From the NCBI GenBank assembly GCA_963666215.2, contig CAXWPL010000001.1, forward strand, positions 608,001-672,000: a stretch of DNA of 64,000 nucleotides, in the 5' to 3' direction. The notes beneath the pieces are model-generated. The model saw only the letters and a program-made list of their open reading frames with translations, was not told where the DNA came from and did not search any database. This DNA is from Acidobacteriota bacterium. Lineage in GTDB: Bacteria > Acidobacteriota > UBA890 > WLXD01. Each line of letters starts with the position of its first letter. Within the stretch, counting starts at the first letter, position 1. Shown piece by piece: positions 45,497 to 56,147 of this stretch. The position numbers and the translations under genes were made by a program.

Positions 45497-46282
45497 TCAC
45501 ACGTAAAGGGCCAACCAGGCCATCAGAGCCAGGCCGGCCGTGATCAACACGATCTTCAGGCCTCGGTCGGCTCGGCTTTCGAGCTCTTCGCCCAAGATCT
45601 CGAAGATCGAGATATAGAGGAACGTACCCGCGGCGAGGCCGTCGAACACTCCTTCGAGCATGCGGGCGTGAGCGCCGATCTGTTCGGCGAGCCCCTGCGC
45701 GGCCAGCTCCCCGAGCAAGATCCCGAGCGGTGTGACCGCGGCGAACAGCCAGATCATCGAGCGCTGCCGCGGCTCGGCCAGGCGACTGCGACCCAGGTTG
45801 ACGCCCAGCGCGAAGGCGGCCGACCCCTTGTGCACGATGATCGCGATGAAGATGACCACGGCGCCAGCGAGAGTCGGATCGAGCCCCATCGCGATTCCCG
45901 CGACGAATGAGTGCACCGACAACATGAGCATCAGCAGGTAGACGATCAATCGGCGGCGCATCGCGCCCACCGGACGCTCCTGCCCCAGCGCCGGCAACGG
46001 CCCACCGATGGCCCGGCCAATCAGCAGCATCGCGACGAACCCGAGCGAGCACAGCAGGTAGGCGAGCGGATAGTCCACCACGCCGTCGAGCAGCTCGACG
46101 CTGTCGCCGAGCATGTGCAACGTGCCGGTACCCAGGAGAATCCCGCCGGCCAGCGCGTTGGCAAGCGAGAAGAACCGCCGCGTGACATCGGAAAACCCGA
46201 TCCGCAGCGGCAACAGTCCACCGAGAATCGCCACAACGAAGGTCGCGACAGCGGCAAGCAGCTTGAAGGCGAAGAGACTCAT
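45497..46282 (-). CDS. ZIP-family metal transporter
   Basis: HML, LSVHSF..G, IIVHKG, GTFLYI motifs, multi-TM. Confidence 0.9.
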   Translation of the reverse strand: MSLFAFKLLAAVATFVVAILGGLLPLRIGFSDVTRRFFSLANALAGGILLGTGTLHMLGDSVELLDGVVDYPLAYLLCSLGFVAMLLIGRAIGGPLPALGQERPVGAMRRRLIVYLLMLMLSVHSFVAGIAMGLDPTLAGAVVIFIAIIVHKGSAAFALGVNLGRSRLAEPRQRSMIWLFAAVTPLGILLGELAAQGLAEQIGAHARMLEGVFDGLAAGTFLYISIFEILGEELESRADRGLKIVLITAGLALMAWLALYV

Positions 46283-46442
46283 CTGTACGGGTCGGGCGCG
46301 CGGCGCAGAAACAAGCGCTCGGGAGTCTGACGCGAACCAGGGTGCACCCGGCCCGAGAACGCGGGTAGTCTACGCGGTTGCCATCGACCGCTCGACGCGA
46401 TTGCCGTTTCTGCCGCGCGCACCTACCAGGAGAGAGTCACCC

Positions 46443-48005
46443 ATGTCCCTTCGTCTTCGAAACCCGCTTGCCGTTCTCGTGGTTCTGTTCCTGCTCGCCC
46501 CACTCGCACCATCGGCGTTCGTCTCGAGTCGTCCGGCCCACGCCGCGCTGCAGCAGGACGCCCAGCTCGCCATCGTCGGGGCAACGATCATCGACGGCCA
46601 CGGCGGTGAGCCGCTCCGCGACGGCACCCTCATCGTGTCGGGCGACCGGATCGCCGCGATCGGCCCGAGCTCCGAGATCGACGTTCCGGCCGGCGCACGC
46701 GTGATCGAGGCCGCCGGCAAGTTCGTGACCCCCGGCTTCATCGACACCAACGTCCATCTGTCGCTGTACGGGGGCAACACCAACGCGCGCTACGAGACGC
46801 TGGTGCGCTACGAGGATCGCCAGCACGAGGTGGTTCTCGAAGCGGCGCAGCTGCAGCTCAAGTACGGCTTCACAACTGTGCGCGACAGCTACGGCGTGCT
46901 CGAGCCCTTGATTCGTGTGCGCGACGCCATTGAGCGCGGCGAGGCGATGGGCCCGCGGATGCTCGTGGCGGGCAACATCGTCGGCTGGGGCGGTCCGTTC
47001 TCGATCACCTTCGCGCTCACCCCGGAGTCGAACCTCAGCGTCTTTCAGGAGCGCATGAACGACTGGATCGCCCAGGGCACGGGCGAAGAGCTCCTCGACA
47101 TGACACCCGCCGAGCTGCGTGTCGCCATCAACGCCTACCTCGACAAGGGTCCCGACTTCATCAAGTACGGCGGCACCAGTCACTTCGCCTGGCCGGTGCT
47201 GATTGCCTTCTCCCCAGCGCAGCAGCAGGTGATCGTTGAGGAAACCCACAAGCGCGGCCTCGTCGCCGAAACCCACTCCACCTCGCTCGAGGGGCTACGC
47301 CTTTCGGTCGAGGCCGGCATTGACCTGATACAGCACCCCGAGATCGTCAACCCTCGCGAGCTCACCGACGAGCTCGCCGAAGAGATCGCCCGCCGCGGCG
47401 TCATCTGCTCGATGCTGGTCAACACGATGACCGGCGACGTCTGGCAAGAACACCTGAAGGCTCGAGAAGCGGCAGAGAAGCACGTTGCCGACAACCCTGA
47501 GCCGCTCACCGGCCACCAGGCCAACCCGATACCGCGAGCGCGGACAACAGCCGAGATGCGCCGTGACGACGACGCGATGGGAGTCGGCCTCGAGCTGCGC
47601 CGTGCCAACGCCATCAAGCTCATCGAGAAGGACTGCATCGTCACGATCGGCACCGACAACTACCGTCGCGCCGCTCCGGAGCTCGCCCGCGGGCCGAAGC
47701 CCGAGAACCAGGACCACGGCATCGGCTCGATCATCGCCATCGAGGGTCTCGTCGAGCTCGGCATGACGCCCATGGAAGCACTCGTTGCCGCCACCAAGAA
47801 CGGCGCAATGGCGAGCCGTGGCCTCGACGACTACGGGACTCTTGAAAAGAGCAAGCTCGCCGACCTGCTCATCCTGGATGCCGACCCGCTTGCGGACATC
47901 GGCAACATCAGGAAGCTGTCGATGGTAATGAAGGGCGGCGTCGTGGTGAATACCGAGGCGTTGCCCGAGAACGCGATCTTCTACCGGCGCCCGCAGTCGC
48001 GGTAG
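46443..48005 (+). CDS. Secreted amidohydrolase-family protein
   Basis: PGFIDTNVH, GFTTVRD, FIKYG, GTD, GMTPMEAL..AT.NGA, ADLLILDADP. Confidence 0.88.
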   Translation: MSLRLRNPLAVLVVLFLLAPLAPSAFVSSRPAHAALQQDAQLAIVGATIIDGHGGEPLRDGTLIVSGDRIAAIGPSSEIDVPAGARVIEAAGKFVTPGFIDTNVHLSLYGGNTNARYETLVRYEDRQHEVVLEAAQLQLKYGFTTVRDSYGVLEPLIRVRDAIERGEAMGPRMLVAGNIVGWGGPFSITFALTPESNLSVFQERMNDWIAQGTGEELLDMTPAELRVAINAYLDKGPDFIKYGGTSHFAWPVLIAFSPAQQQVIVEETHKRGLVAETHSTSLEGLRLSVEAGIDLIQHPEIVNPRELTDELAEEIARRGVICSMLVNTMTGDVWQEHLKAREAAEKHVADNPEPLTGHQANPIPRARTTAEMRRDDDAMGVGLELRRANAIKLIEKDCIVTIGTDNYRRAAPELARGPKPENQDHGIGSIIAIEGLVELGMTPMEALVAATKNGAMASRGLDDYGTLEKSKLADLLILDADPLADIGNIRKLSMVMKGGVVVNTEALPENAIFYRRPQSR

Positions 48006-48127
48006 CTGCAACTCTGGTGGCGCTGGGGGCGGTGCTTGGGGGCATTTCAGACGCGCGGAGACGAGCCGGGGGGCATCTAGGCCGAAACTGAACGGTGCCC
48101 GCTGCCCCTCGCCCTCCTCCATCCCGC

Positions 48128-51100
48128 CTATTCCGAGCCCTCCTCCTCATCATCCGGCTTCGGCGGCCGCGGACGATCGATCCACAGCCGTACACCGCCT
48201 CCCCAGAAGGCGGAGCCGTTACGGTCGACCACATGCTCGCCTTCGTAGAGATAGTCGAGGATGGCCTTGTCCCACTGCAGGCCGGCGGTGGCAACGAGCT
48301 CCATCCAGTCTCCGTAGGCGGTCTCGTCGGGGGCCTCGGTGCCGCCGGTCCAGATGGTGATCTTCGGGTTGAAGCCGCCGCCGAACGAGCCCGGTTCGCC
48401 AGGCCGGCTGCCCTTGAGCGGCATCTGGATGTTGACGCCGTCGGTCATGTCGAGCCTATAGACCTCGGGCTCGAAGTCGCGCCCGTAGCGCTGGTAGCGG
48501 TCGTAGGTGCGCTGGTTGAGCGCCATCACGTTGTCGGCGGCATTGATGTAGCGGGTGATGTAGTCGCGAATCTTGAAGGCGGCGTCTTTGTGGTTCGGGT
48601 AGAGGGGATCGTCGATGTAGCCGAAACCGGGAATGAACCAGCCGCGGTTGACGCTCCAGTTGCGCTCCGTAATACGTCCACGACGAACCAAGCCGGCGTA
48701 CTCCGAAAACAGCTGTACAACCTCGTGCGACGGGTAGCCGTGCGGGTTCAGGAAGATGTCGGGTAGCCACGTTCGCCACAGATTCGGCCTGACCTTGGAC
48801 TCAGGATAGATCGGCATGTCCTCTCTGCTGCCCGACGTGGCGTCCATGCCGAGAGAGCCGAGATAGCCGGCGTGGAGGATCAAGTCGGGAGTTATTTCAT
48901 AAAGATCGTACGCAAGCTGGGCTCCGTCGGGGTTCGTGAACGGATGGATGACGACGTTGACGTCGAGCAGCTTCTTCTTGAACTCGTCGTCGGTGAGCAG
49001 CATCTCGCCGAGCTTGAGCACGTGGCTGGTCGACGAGACCTCGTTGGCGTGCTGGCGCGCCGAATAGACCACCGTGGGCTTGTTGGTGGTCGCCTTGTAC
49101 TGCGACCAGTGGCTTGCCTCGATGGGTGGCATCAGGTCGAGCGCCCAGGTGTCCTTGCCGAGGTAACTACGGCCCACCTTGTAGATGGTGGCCTCGGGGA
49201 ACGTCGACATGCGCGCCAGAATCGCGTGGCCCTCGGGCGGCGGAATCGGGGTCTCCCACTGAACGAGATTTTCGCCACCGTAGGAGTAGCTGCTCTCGGG
49301 GGTCAGATCGGCAACCGACGCATAGGGCTCGGGGGTCCCGTTAGCCGGAAGCATCGCGGTGACCTGGGTCTCCGCGGTGATGTCCCAGTCCCAGCCAGCC
49401 GCCAGCGTGATCGATCCGAGGCCGTGGAATGCGAGCTCGTCGCGATAGAGGCCGCGGCCACGAAGCGCGCCGAGATTCTCGATCATCGACGTCGCCTGCG
49501 CGGCGGTGAAAATCCGTGTGTCGATCTGCAGCGCGTCGGCCTGGTTCAGCAGATCACGGCGCTCGTCGGCCTCGAAGTCGACCTTGACGCGCAGAGTCAT
49601 GCTGTCGAGGCCCTCGTGCCCTGCGCTCACCGTGGCAGCCAGCGCCGCCGGGCGCTCGACAGTTGATCGCGGCACATCGCGACGAAGCTGATGCTCCTCA
49701 TCATCGCTCACGTAGTCGATGACGACGGCCGGCCGGTTGGTGGCAAAGCCGGTGAGCCGAATCTTGGCGGTGCCGGCGGCGCCGTCGCCCTTGGGACGCA
49801 TGATCGGGATGACCCGCCCGATGAACTGCAGCTCCTCACCGCGGGCCATGCGGCCGAGCATGCGGAAGAAGAACAACGTCGGGAAGTAGACCTCCTCGTG
49901 GAGCGAGTCCATCGACGAGATGTACTCCTTGTCGATGCCGAGCAGGTAATCGGGCTCGCTGAGGTTGACCTCGACGGTCAGCTCACCGAAGTAGGGAGCG
50001 TCGGCGGCGCGTGGGTTGCCCTCGCTCTGCTCCATGACGCGGTCGTAGAGCGCCGGCAACGTCTTCGACTGGTAGTGATCCCAGAAGCGCTCGACGTCGG
50101 TGATGATGCGCTCGTCAACCAGGTTTCGGCCGTCGGCGCTGGCCGTCAGCCAGCCCGTGGTCACGCGCACCATCTCGTAGTCGACGAAGCGATCGTAGTG
50201 CGGCCGCAGCACGTACTTGGGCTCAAAGGTACGGCGCAGCGTCTCGGCGCCGTCGCCACCCGTGACGATGACCTCGTAGGTGGCCGCGTCGGGTGGCATC
50301 ATCGCGAAGTCGACGAGCTCCGGGTCGAGAGACAGGGTGCCCGTGATGACCTCGTCGATCGGCCAGGCCTCCTTCAGCCAGCGGACCGGGCTGAACATCG
50401 CCTGCTGCGGCCAGTCTTCCGGTGCAATCGTCTCGGCGAAGTTGATGCGCACGCCGCCAATCGCCTGGTCGCCTCCGGCCTCTTGCATAGCCTGCAGCTC
50501 GGGAAGGATTTTCTCGCGCAGCCACGAGAAGCCCTGCTTGAACGCCGAGAGCACGATGACCTCGGTCGTGTCGGCGTCGGCGCCCGCGTCGACGAGCATC
50601 TTCGTCGCCTCTTGGGCGATGTGCTGTCGCACCTCGGGCGGCTCGCTCAGGCGAGCCTCGAGCTTGACGGCTCGATTGCGACGGACACCGGGCAGCACGC
50701 GGCTGTTGAATAGACGCCAGAAATCATCGACCTCAGAGTCGATCTCGATCTCTTCGTCGAACACGAGCGCGGCGTTCTGCACATCGCGGTTGTCGAGCTG
50801 CACCGTGAGATCGTTGATTCCCAGCGGCGCCAGGCGTTCGCGAACCACGGCCTCGAGGCCGGGCTCGATCTTCTCCAGCGATACGGTCACGGCGGCCGAG
50901 TCGATGGACCTGCCCTGCAGCTCGTCGACCATCTGATCGAGCTTGTAGAGCGCCGCCGCCGCCTGCCCGCCGGGGCTGCGCTGCGACAGGAAGCGCCACA
51001 TCCCCATCTCCACATCGTCGACCTTGGAGCGGTCCTTGCCGTGCTCGGAGAGGTTAGGGAAGCGCTCCGAGAGCTGCTCTAGAGCGCGCGCCACGCCGGC

Positions 51101-52486
51101 CGCGTCTCCGCCGGTGACCACCAATGCACGCTTGTCACCGAAAGCATCCGGGACGACTTCGATGAGACCCTCGCCCGCGCCCAGGCCCGCGAGTTTCTCG
51201 GAGTCGATCTTGTCGTCTTCGACGAGCTCTTCGATGAGTGGATGATCGGCACCGATGATGACCAGGGTTGGCTCCGAGTCAGCCTCTTCGATCTCGTCGG
51301 GTGTGCGGGCGAGCGGCAGGGTGATGCCGGCCGACTCGAGCCCCAGACGCGCTGCCAGGTCAATGACCCCGTCGGTACCGTCGCCGGTGGCGCTGAGCAC
51401 GGCGTCGATGCGGTCGGGAATGACGTTGCTGTCGGAGTCACCCAGCAGTCCTTCGGCGTCGTACAGGACCGACAGGTCGAGGTCGTTCTTGCCGCCACTG
51501 CCCGGGCGACCCGGGGTCGGGCGCGAGGGAGCCTCCGGCTCCACTTGCGGAACCTCGACCATCGCCGACGCGCCGCCGGCGGAGAGTGACACGTTCAAGG
51601 TCTCGGCCCCGGCATAGGACAGCAGCTGGGTCGGGTCGGCCTCGTGGCCATTGTCGTCGCCCTCGTCGTGGTCGCCCTCCTCGCCTTCCTGATGATCGGC
51701 TTCGGAGTCGCCACCCATCTCCTCCATTTCGGCCTTCGCCGCCTCCCTACGCGCCGGCACGTCGGCCAGCGCGGCGCGAGCGCGCTGCACGTCGGCCGCG
51801 GACGCCAGCTCGACCGCGACCTCAACGGACGCGAAGCCGCCATCACCGTCGGCCGAGACACGAATCGCGGGCACACTGACCCTCGCGACGGTGATCTCCT
51901 CATCGCTCAGATAGGTCTCGAGAGCCTCGATCAGATCGGCGAGCGTGGCGCCCTTCGCAACGCCGACGTTCGGCAAACGTCCGGCAAAAGCGGCGGCCGC
52001 TGCCCGCGTACCGGCGTCGTCCGCCCCGGCGATCACCACCCACTGCCCAGCCGGCGCGCTGACGCGCGTAACCAGACCCTCACCCTCGGCGAGCCCCTGG
52101 AGCGCCGGCACATCAATGCCGGCACGGGCAACACCACCGCGGCCGATCGCGATACCAATGCCGTCCGTGGGGGCAGTGCGGGACACGGGGATGTCCATCG
52201 CCATGGTCTCGAACCCGAGCCGCGCGGCGACATCGATGGCGGCGGCCAGGTCGGCGTCGGAACGGTCGGCGCCGGTTCCGAGTACGAGACCGGTCTCAAC
52301 GAAGTCGACGAAGTCGTCGCCGTTGCGGTCCTGGAACACGAGACCCGTGTCGAACAGATCTTCGAGGCCACCGGGCGCGGTCGACTGCCCTCCAGCGAGC
52401 GACACCGAACCGACGATGCTGATCAGCAGCACGGCCATGACGGGCAACGATTTCCAACTGCGCGGGGCGATTCCGGTTCGTCTCAT
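48128..52486 (-). CDS. Large secreted M14-family zinc carboxypeptidase-like protein (1452 aa)
   Basis: Signal peptide. C-terminal ARQHANE (HxxE), NPDG, NPHGYP. Long N-terminal non-catalytic region. Confidence 0.85.
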   Translation of the reverse strand: MRRTGIAPRSWKSLPVMAVLLISIVGSVSLAGGQSTAPGGLEDLFDTGLVFQDRNGDDFVDFVETGLVLGTGADRSDADLAAAIDVAARLGFETMAMDIPVSRTAPTDGIGIAIGRGGVARAGIDVPALQGLAEGEGLVTRVSAPAGQWVVIAGADDAGTRAAAAAFAGRLPNVGVAKGATLADLIEALETYLSDEEITVARVSVPAIRVSADGDGGFASVEVAVELASAADVQRARAALADVPARREAAKAEMEEMGGDSEADHQEGEEGDHDEGDDNGHEADPTQLLSYAGAETLNVSLSAGGASAMVEVPQVEPEAPSRPTPGRPGSGGKNDLDLSVLYDAEGLLGDSDSNVIPDRIDAVLSATGDGTDGVIDLAARLGLESAGITLPLARTPDEIEEADSEPTLVIIGADHPLIEELVEDDKIDSEKLAGLGAGEGLIEVVPDAFGDKRALVVTGGDAAGVARALEQLSERFPNLSEHGKDRSKVDDVEMGMWRFLSQRSPGGQAAAALYKLDQMVDELQGRSIDSAAVTVSLEKIEPGLEAVVRERLAPLGINDLTVQLDNRDVQNAALVFDEEIEIDSEVDDFWRLFNSRVLPGVRRNRAVKLEARLSEPPEVRQHIAQEATKMLVDAGADADTTEVIVLSAFKQGFSWLREKILPELQAMQEAGGDQAIGGVRINFAETIAPEDWPQQAMFSPVRWLKEAWPIDEVITGTLSLDPELVDFAMMPPDAATYEVIVTGGDGAETLRRTFEPKYVLRPHYDRFVDYEMVRVTTGWLTASADGRNLVDERIITDVERFWDHYQSKTLPALYDRVMEQSEGNPRAADAPYFGELTVEVNLSEPDYLLGIDKEYISSMDSLHEEVYFPTLFFFRMLGRMARGEELQFIGRVIPIMRPKGDGAAGTAKIRLTGFATNRPAVVIDYVSDDEEHQLRRDVPRSTVERPAALAATVSAGHEGLDSMTLRVKVDFEADERRDLLNQADALQIDTRIFTAAQATSMIENLGALRGRGLYRDELAFHGLGSITLAAGWDWDITAETQVTAMLPANGTPEPYASVADLTPESSYSYGGENLVQWETPIPPPEGHAILARMSTFPEATIYKVGRSYLGKDTWALDLMPPIEASHWSQYKATTNKPTVVYSARQHANEVSSTSHVLKLGEMLLTDDEFKKKLLDVNVVIHPFTNPDGAQLAYDLYEITPDLILHAGYLGSLGMDATSGSREDMPIYPESKVRPNLWRTWLPDIFLNPHGYPSHEVVQLFSEYAGLVRRGRITERNWSVNRGWFIPGFGYIDDPLYPNHKDAAFKIRDYITRYINAADNVMALNQRTYDRYQRYGRDFEPEVYRLDMTDGVNIQMPLKGSRPGEPGSFGGGFNPKITIWTGGTEAPDETAYGDWMELVATAGLQWDKAILDYLYEGEHVVDRNGSAFWGGGVRLWIDRPRPPKPDDEEEGSE

Positions 52487-52500
52487 GTTCTGTTCCTTCG

Positions 52501-54168
52501 CTACTTGGTGACGTCCGAGGACCCTGTGTCGGCCGGAGCGGCCTGGGTCGTCTGGGAAGTCTGGGGAGTCTCAGGGGATTGGGGCTGTCCGAAGCCGGCG
52601 CCGCCGGGGCTTCGCACGCTGATGATGTCGCCTGCCTTCAGCCAGGCGGTAGCTTTGCCGGGAAGATCGCGCTCGCCGTCCGCCGTGATGAGCACGTTGC
52701 GACCCGCTTTGCTCGGCTCGCCACCGGCGAGGCCGTAGGGTCGCGTGACGCGTCGGTCGCTGAGGATCGTCAGCTCCGCCGGGACCAGCAACTCGAGCTC
52801 GCGACGAATGCCGTCGCCGCCGCGATGCTTGCCCGCGCCTCCCGAACCGCGTCGGATCTCGTAGCGTCGGACGCGGAACGGGTAGGCGTGCTCGAGAGCT
52901 TCCACGGGCGTGTTGAGGCTGTTGGTCATGTGGGTATGGGTCGCGCTCAGACCGTCGAGATGTGGGCGCGCCCCCATACCGCCGGCGACAGTCTCGTAGT
53001 ACGCGAAGCGCGCACCCTCGAGGTCCGTCCCGCCGAGGGTGATGTTATTCATGGTGCCGCTGCTGGCGGCCGGGATGATGTCGGGAATCGCCTGCGCCAG
53101 CGCGCCCAGCACCGTGTCGACGATGCGCTGCGAGGTCTCTACATTGCCGGCCGCCACTGCGGCTGGCAGCAAGGCGTTGACCAGCGAGCCCTCCGGAGCA
53201 CGGACGTCCAGAGGCACGAGCGTCCCGTAGTTCGACGGAATCGGGAACGGCACGATGATCCGGAAGCAATAGAACACCGCCGACAGCGCGATCGCGTAGT
53301 TCGCGTTGATGCTGCCGGCGGCCTGAGGAGCCGTGCCCGCGAAGTCGATGAGCGCAGTGTCGTCCGTGATCTCGATCGAGACCTTGATCGGCAGCGGCCC
53401 GTTTCCCTGGCCGTCGTCGTCCATCGCGTCTTCAAACCGGTAGATGCCGTCGGGAATCGAGCGGATGGCCTCGCGCGTCATGCGCTCGGCGTAGGCCAGC
53501 AGGTGGTCGACGTACGTATTGACCTCGTCGAGCCCGTATTTCTCGACAATCGCACGCAGGCGGCGCTCTCCCGTCTTGTTCGACGCGATCTGCGCCGTCA
53601 AGTCTCCTTCGCGCTCACGCGGCGTGCGGACGTTGGCGAGGATGAGGCTCATGACCTCGCCCACCACCTCGCCCCCGCGCACCAGGTGCATCGGCGGAAT
53701 GCGGATGCCTTCCTGGTAGATCGACGTCGCCAATGGCATCGAGCCGGGAGTCATGCCGCCAACGTCGGAGTGGTGCGCGCGGTTGGCCACGAAGAACGCA
53801 GGCTCTTGACCGTCGCCAACGAACACGGGTTGCACCAGCGTGATGTCGGGCAGATGTGTGCCGCCGCAGAACGGGTCGTTGACGATAACCACGTCTCCGC
53901 GACCCATCGGCACGTTCTCGATCGCCGCCGATACCGACATCGGCATCGAGCCAAGATGCACCGGCATGTGGTCGCCCTGGGCGATCATGCGGCCAGCGCC
54001 GTCGAAGAGAGCACACGAGTAGTCGCGGCGCTCCTTGATGTTCGGCGAGAACGAGGTGCGGCAAAGAGCCACCCCCATCTCTTCCGCCGCCGAGTGGAAC
54101 AGGTTGCGGAAGATCTCCAGGCGAATCGGGTCGTACGCCGCCGCCGGCGCCGCTCGCGCCTCGCTCAT
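52501..54168 (-). CDS. Hydantoinase B/oxoprolinase family protein
   Basis: [49 protein letters not shown]. Confidence 0.95.
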   Translation of the reverse strand: MSEARAAPAAAYDPIRLEIFRNLFHSAAEEMGVALCRTSFSPNIKERRDYSCALFDGAGRMIAQGDHMPVHLGSMPMSVSAAIENVPMGRGDVVIVNDPFCGGTHLPDITLVQPVFVGDGQEPAFFVANRAHHSDVGGMTPGSMPLATSIYQEGIRIPPMHLVRGGEVVGEVMSLILANVRTPREREGDLTAQIASNKTGERRLRAIVEKYGLDEVNTYVDHLLAYAERMTREAIRSIPDGIYRFEDAMDDDGQGNGPLPIKVSIEITDDTALIDFAGTAPQAAGSINANYAIALSAVFYCFRIIVPFPIPSNYGTLVPLDVRAPEGSLVNALLPAAVAAGNVETSQRIVDTVLGALAQAIPDIIPAASSGTMNNITLGGTDLEGARFAYYETVAGGMGARPHLDGLSATHTHMTNSLNTPVEALEHAYPFRVRRYEIRRGSGGAGKHRGGDGIRRELELLVPAELTILSDRRVTRPYGLAGGEPSKAGRNVLITADGERDLPGKATAWLKAGDIISVRSPGGAGFGQPQSPETPQTSQTTQAAPADTGSSDVTK

Positions 54169-56147
54169 GAGCTCATCTCGAGCACCACGTTGCCGTAGCC
54201 GTCCACGCGGCACCGGCATCCAGGAGGCACGACCGTCGTGGTGCTGTACTCCACGAGCAGTGCCGGCCCGGCGAAAGTGCTCCCAGGCTCCAGCCGCTCG
54301 CGGTCGACGAGCCTGGCCGCAACCCGCTCACCGTCGAAGATCATCTCGTGGTCGCCGATCACGGCGGCGGCCCCGCCAGATTCCGAGCCGATCGGCCTGC
54401 TCGCCAACGTCGGCTTCTCGGTAACCGCGATGGCTCGAATACGGACGTTGACGATCTCGGTAACACGCCGCGAGTCGCTGTAGCCGTAGCGTTTGTCATG
54501 AAGCCTATGGAACGCGGCGTCGAGTTGCGCTTGGACGGGGATCTCGAGCTCGTAGCCCTGGCCCAAATAGCGCATGTCGAGGCTGCGCCTGAAGCCGACC
54601 TGCGACGGCTCGAAACCATCGAGCGCAAACTGCTCGAGCGCCCTGGCCTCGAGACTGGCGAAGGCCGCGTCGAGGGTTCCCCCATCAGCAACATCAGTCG
54701 CCACCATCAGTGTTTGCGAGTAGTCGCGCACGATGTCGGCGAGCAGCATGCCGAGCGCCGACAGAATTCCGGCGGCGGCGGGAATGATTACGCGCGGAAT
54801 CCCCAGGTCGCGCGCCAGCGCCGCGGCGTGCATCGACCCCGCACCGCCGAACGACACCAGGCTGAAGTCGCGCGGGTCGAAGCCACGCTCCATTGAGATC
54901 ACTCGAATCGCCCCGGCCATCGTCGTGTTGGCAACGCTAACGATCCCCTCGGCGAGCTCCACCGACGACATCCCCATCGCCGTCGCGAGCCCAAGAATCG
55001 CCCCCTCGACCGGCGCCATGTCGAGCATGCTGCCGCCGCCCAGGAAGTGGGTGGGTGACAGACGGCCGAGGAACAGGTTGGCGTCGGTGACGGTGACATC
55101 GGTGCCGCCACGTCCGTAACAGATCGGCCCCGGAACGGCGCCCGCGCTCCGCGGTCCTACACGCAACGCACCACCGGGGTCTCGATACGCAATCGAGCCA
55201 CCGCCCGCCCCCACCGTGTGGATGTCGATCACGGGCAGCCGGATGGGCAGGCCGCCAACGCTCGACTCGGAGGTGCGCGCCGGCTCCCCCTGGCACAGGC
55301 TGACGTCGGTGCTCGTGCCACCCATGTCAAAGGTGATGACATCCGGATAACCCGCCAGCCGGCCCACCTCGACGCCGCCCACAACGCCGCCGGCCGGTCC
55401 CGACAGAATCGTCTGCACCGCCGAGCGGCGCGCCGCCTGCAGCGAAATCGAGCCACCGTTCGACTGCATGATTCGAATGCGCGGCCCCGGGAGTCGGTCG
55501 GCGAGCTCGCCGAGGTACCGCTGCATGATCGGGCCCACGTAGGCGTTCGCCACCGTGGTGCTGGTACGTTCGTACTCTCGAAACTCGGGCAACACCTGGT
55601 GCGACGCTGTGAGGAAGCCGTCGAATACCTCTTCCAGAGCCGCTACAACCAGGCGCTCATGTTCGGGGTTAGCGTAGGAGTGCAGCAGGCAGATCGCCAC
55701 CGACTCGAAGCCGCCAGCAGCGATCGCGCTGGCCACCTCGGCGGCATCACCCGCCTCCAGCGGCACGACGACCTCACCCTTCGTTCCCAGCCGTTCGCGC
55801 ACCCCGAAACGCGCCTGCCGCTCGACCAGCGGCGCGGGGCGAGTTACCGACAGGTCGTAGATCGCCGGGCGCGTCTGGCGACCAATCTCAAGAACGTCTT
55901 CGAAGCCCGCCGTGGTTGCCAACGCGGTGCGCGCACCGCGGCGCTCGAGCAGCGCGTTGGTGGCAACCGTGGAGCCGTGAACAACCTCGCCGATCTCGCT
56001 TCCGAGGTGCTCGAGCCCGGCGAGGATAGCCTCAGCCGGATTGGTGGGGGTCGAGGGCTCTTTGTGCACTCGTATCTCGTCGCCAGCCAGGACCACGAAG
56101 TCGGTGAACGTGCCGCCGGTGTCGATGCCGACGATGGCCGTCTTCAT
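54165..56147 (-). CDS. Hydantoinase A/oxoprolinase family protein (ATP-binding)
   Basis: IDTGGTFTD, HGSTVATNALLE, SGPAGG, DMGGTSTD, GAGGGS. Confidence 0.95.
   Translation of the reverse strand: MKTAIVGIDTGGTFTDFVVLAGDEIRVHKEPSTPTNPAEAILAGLEHLGSEIGEVVHGSTVATNALLERRGARTALATTAGFEDVLEIGRQTRPAIYDLSVTRPAPLVERQARFGVRERLGTKGEVVVPLEAGDAAEVASAIAAGGFESVAICLLHSYANPEHERLVVAALEEVFDGFLTASHQVLPEFREYERTSTTVANAYVGPIMQRYLGELADRLPGPRIRIMQSNGGSISLQAARRSAVQTILSGPAGGVVGGVEVGRLAGYPDVITFDMGGTSTDVSLCQGEPARTSESSVGGLPIRLPVIDIHTVGAGGGSIAYRDPGGALRVGPRSAGAVPGPICYGRGGTDVTVTDANLFLGRLSPTHFLGGGSMLDMAPVEGAILGLATAMGMSSVELAEGIVSVANTTMAGAIRVISMERGFDPRDFSLVSFGGAGSMHAAALARDLGIPRVIIPAAAGILSALGMLLADIVRDYSQTLMVATDVADGGTLDAAFASLEARALEQFALDGFEPSQVGFRRSLDMRYLGQGYELEIPVQAQLDAAFHRLHDKRYGYSDSRRVTEIVNVRIRAIAVTEKPTLASRPIGSESGGAAAVIGDHEMIFDGERVAARLVDRERLEPGSTFAGPALLVEYSTTTVVPPGCRCRVDGYGNVVLEMSS

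Noticed and set aside
52540-52590. Degenerate 9-bp repeats at the 3' end of hydantoinase B
   Set aside because: Low-complexity tail ([14 protein letters not shown]) with no evident function.
52579-54198. Long antisense ORFs (e.g. 539 aa here, also 40789-42090, 13220-14488, 55218-56528)
   Set aside because: They mirror well-supported genes on the opposite strand, which is expected in high-GC DNA, and show no motifs.
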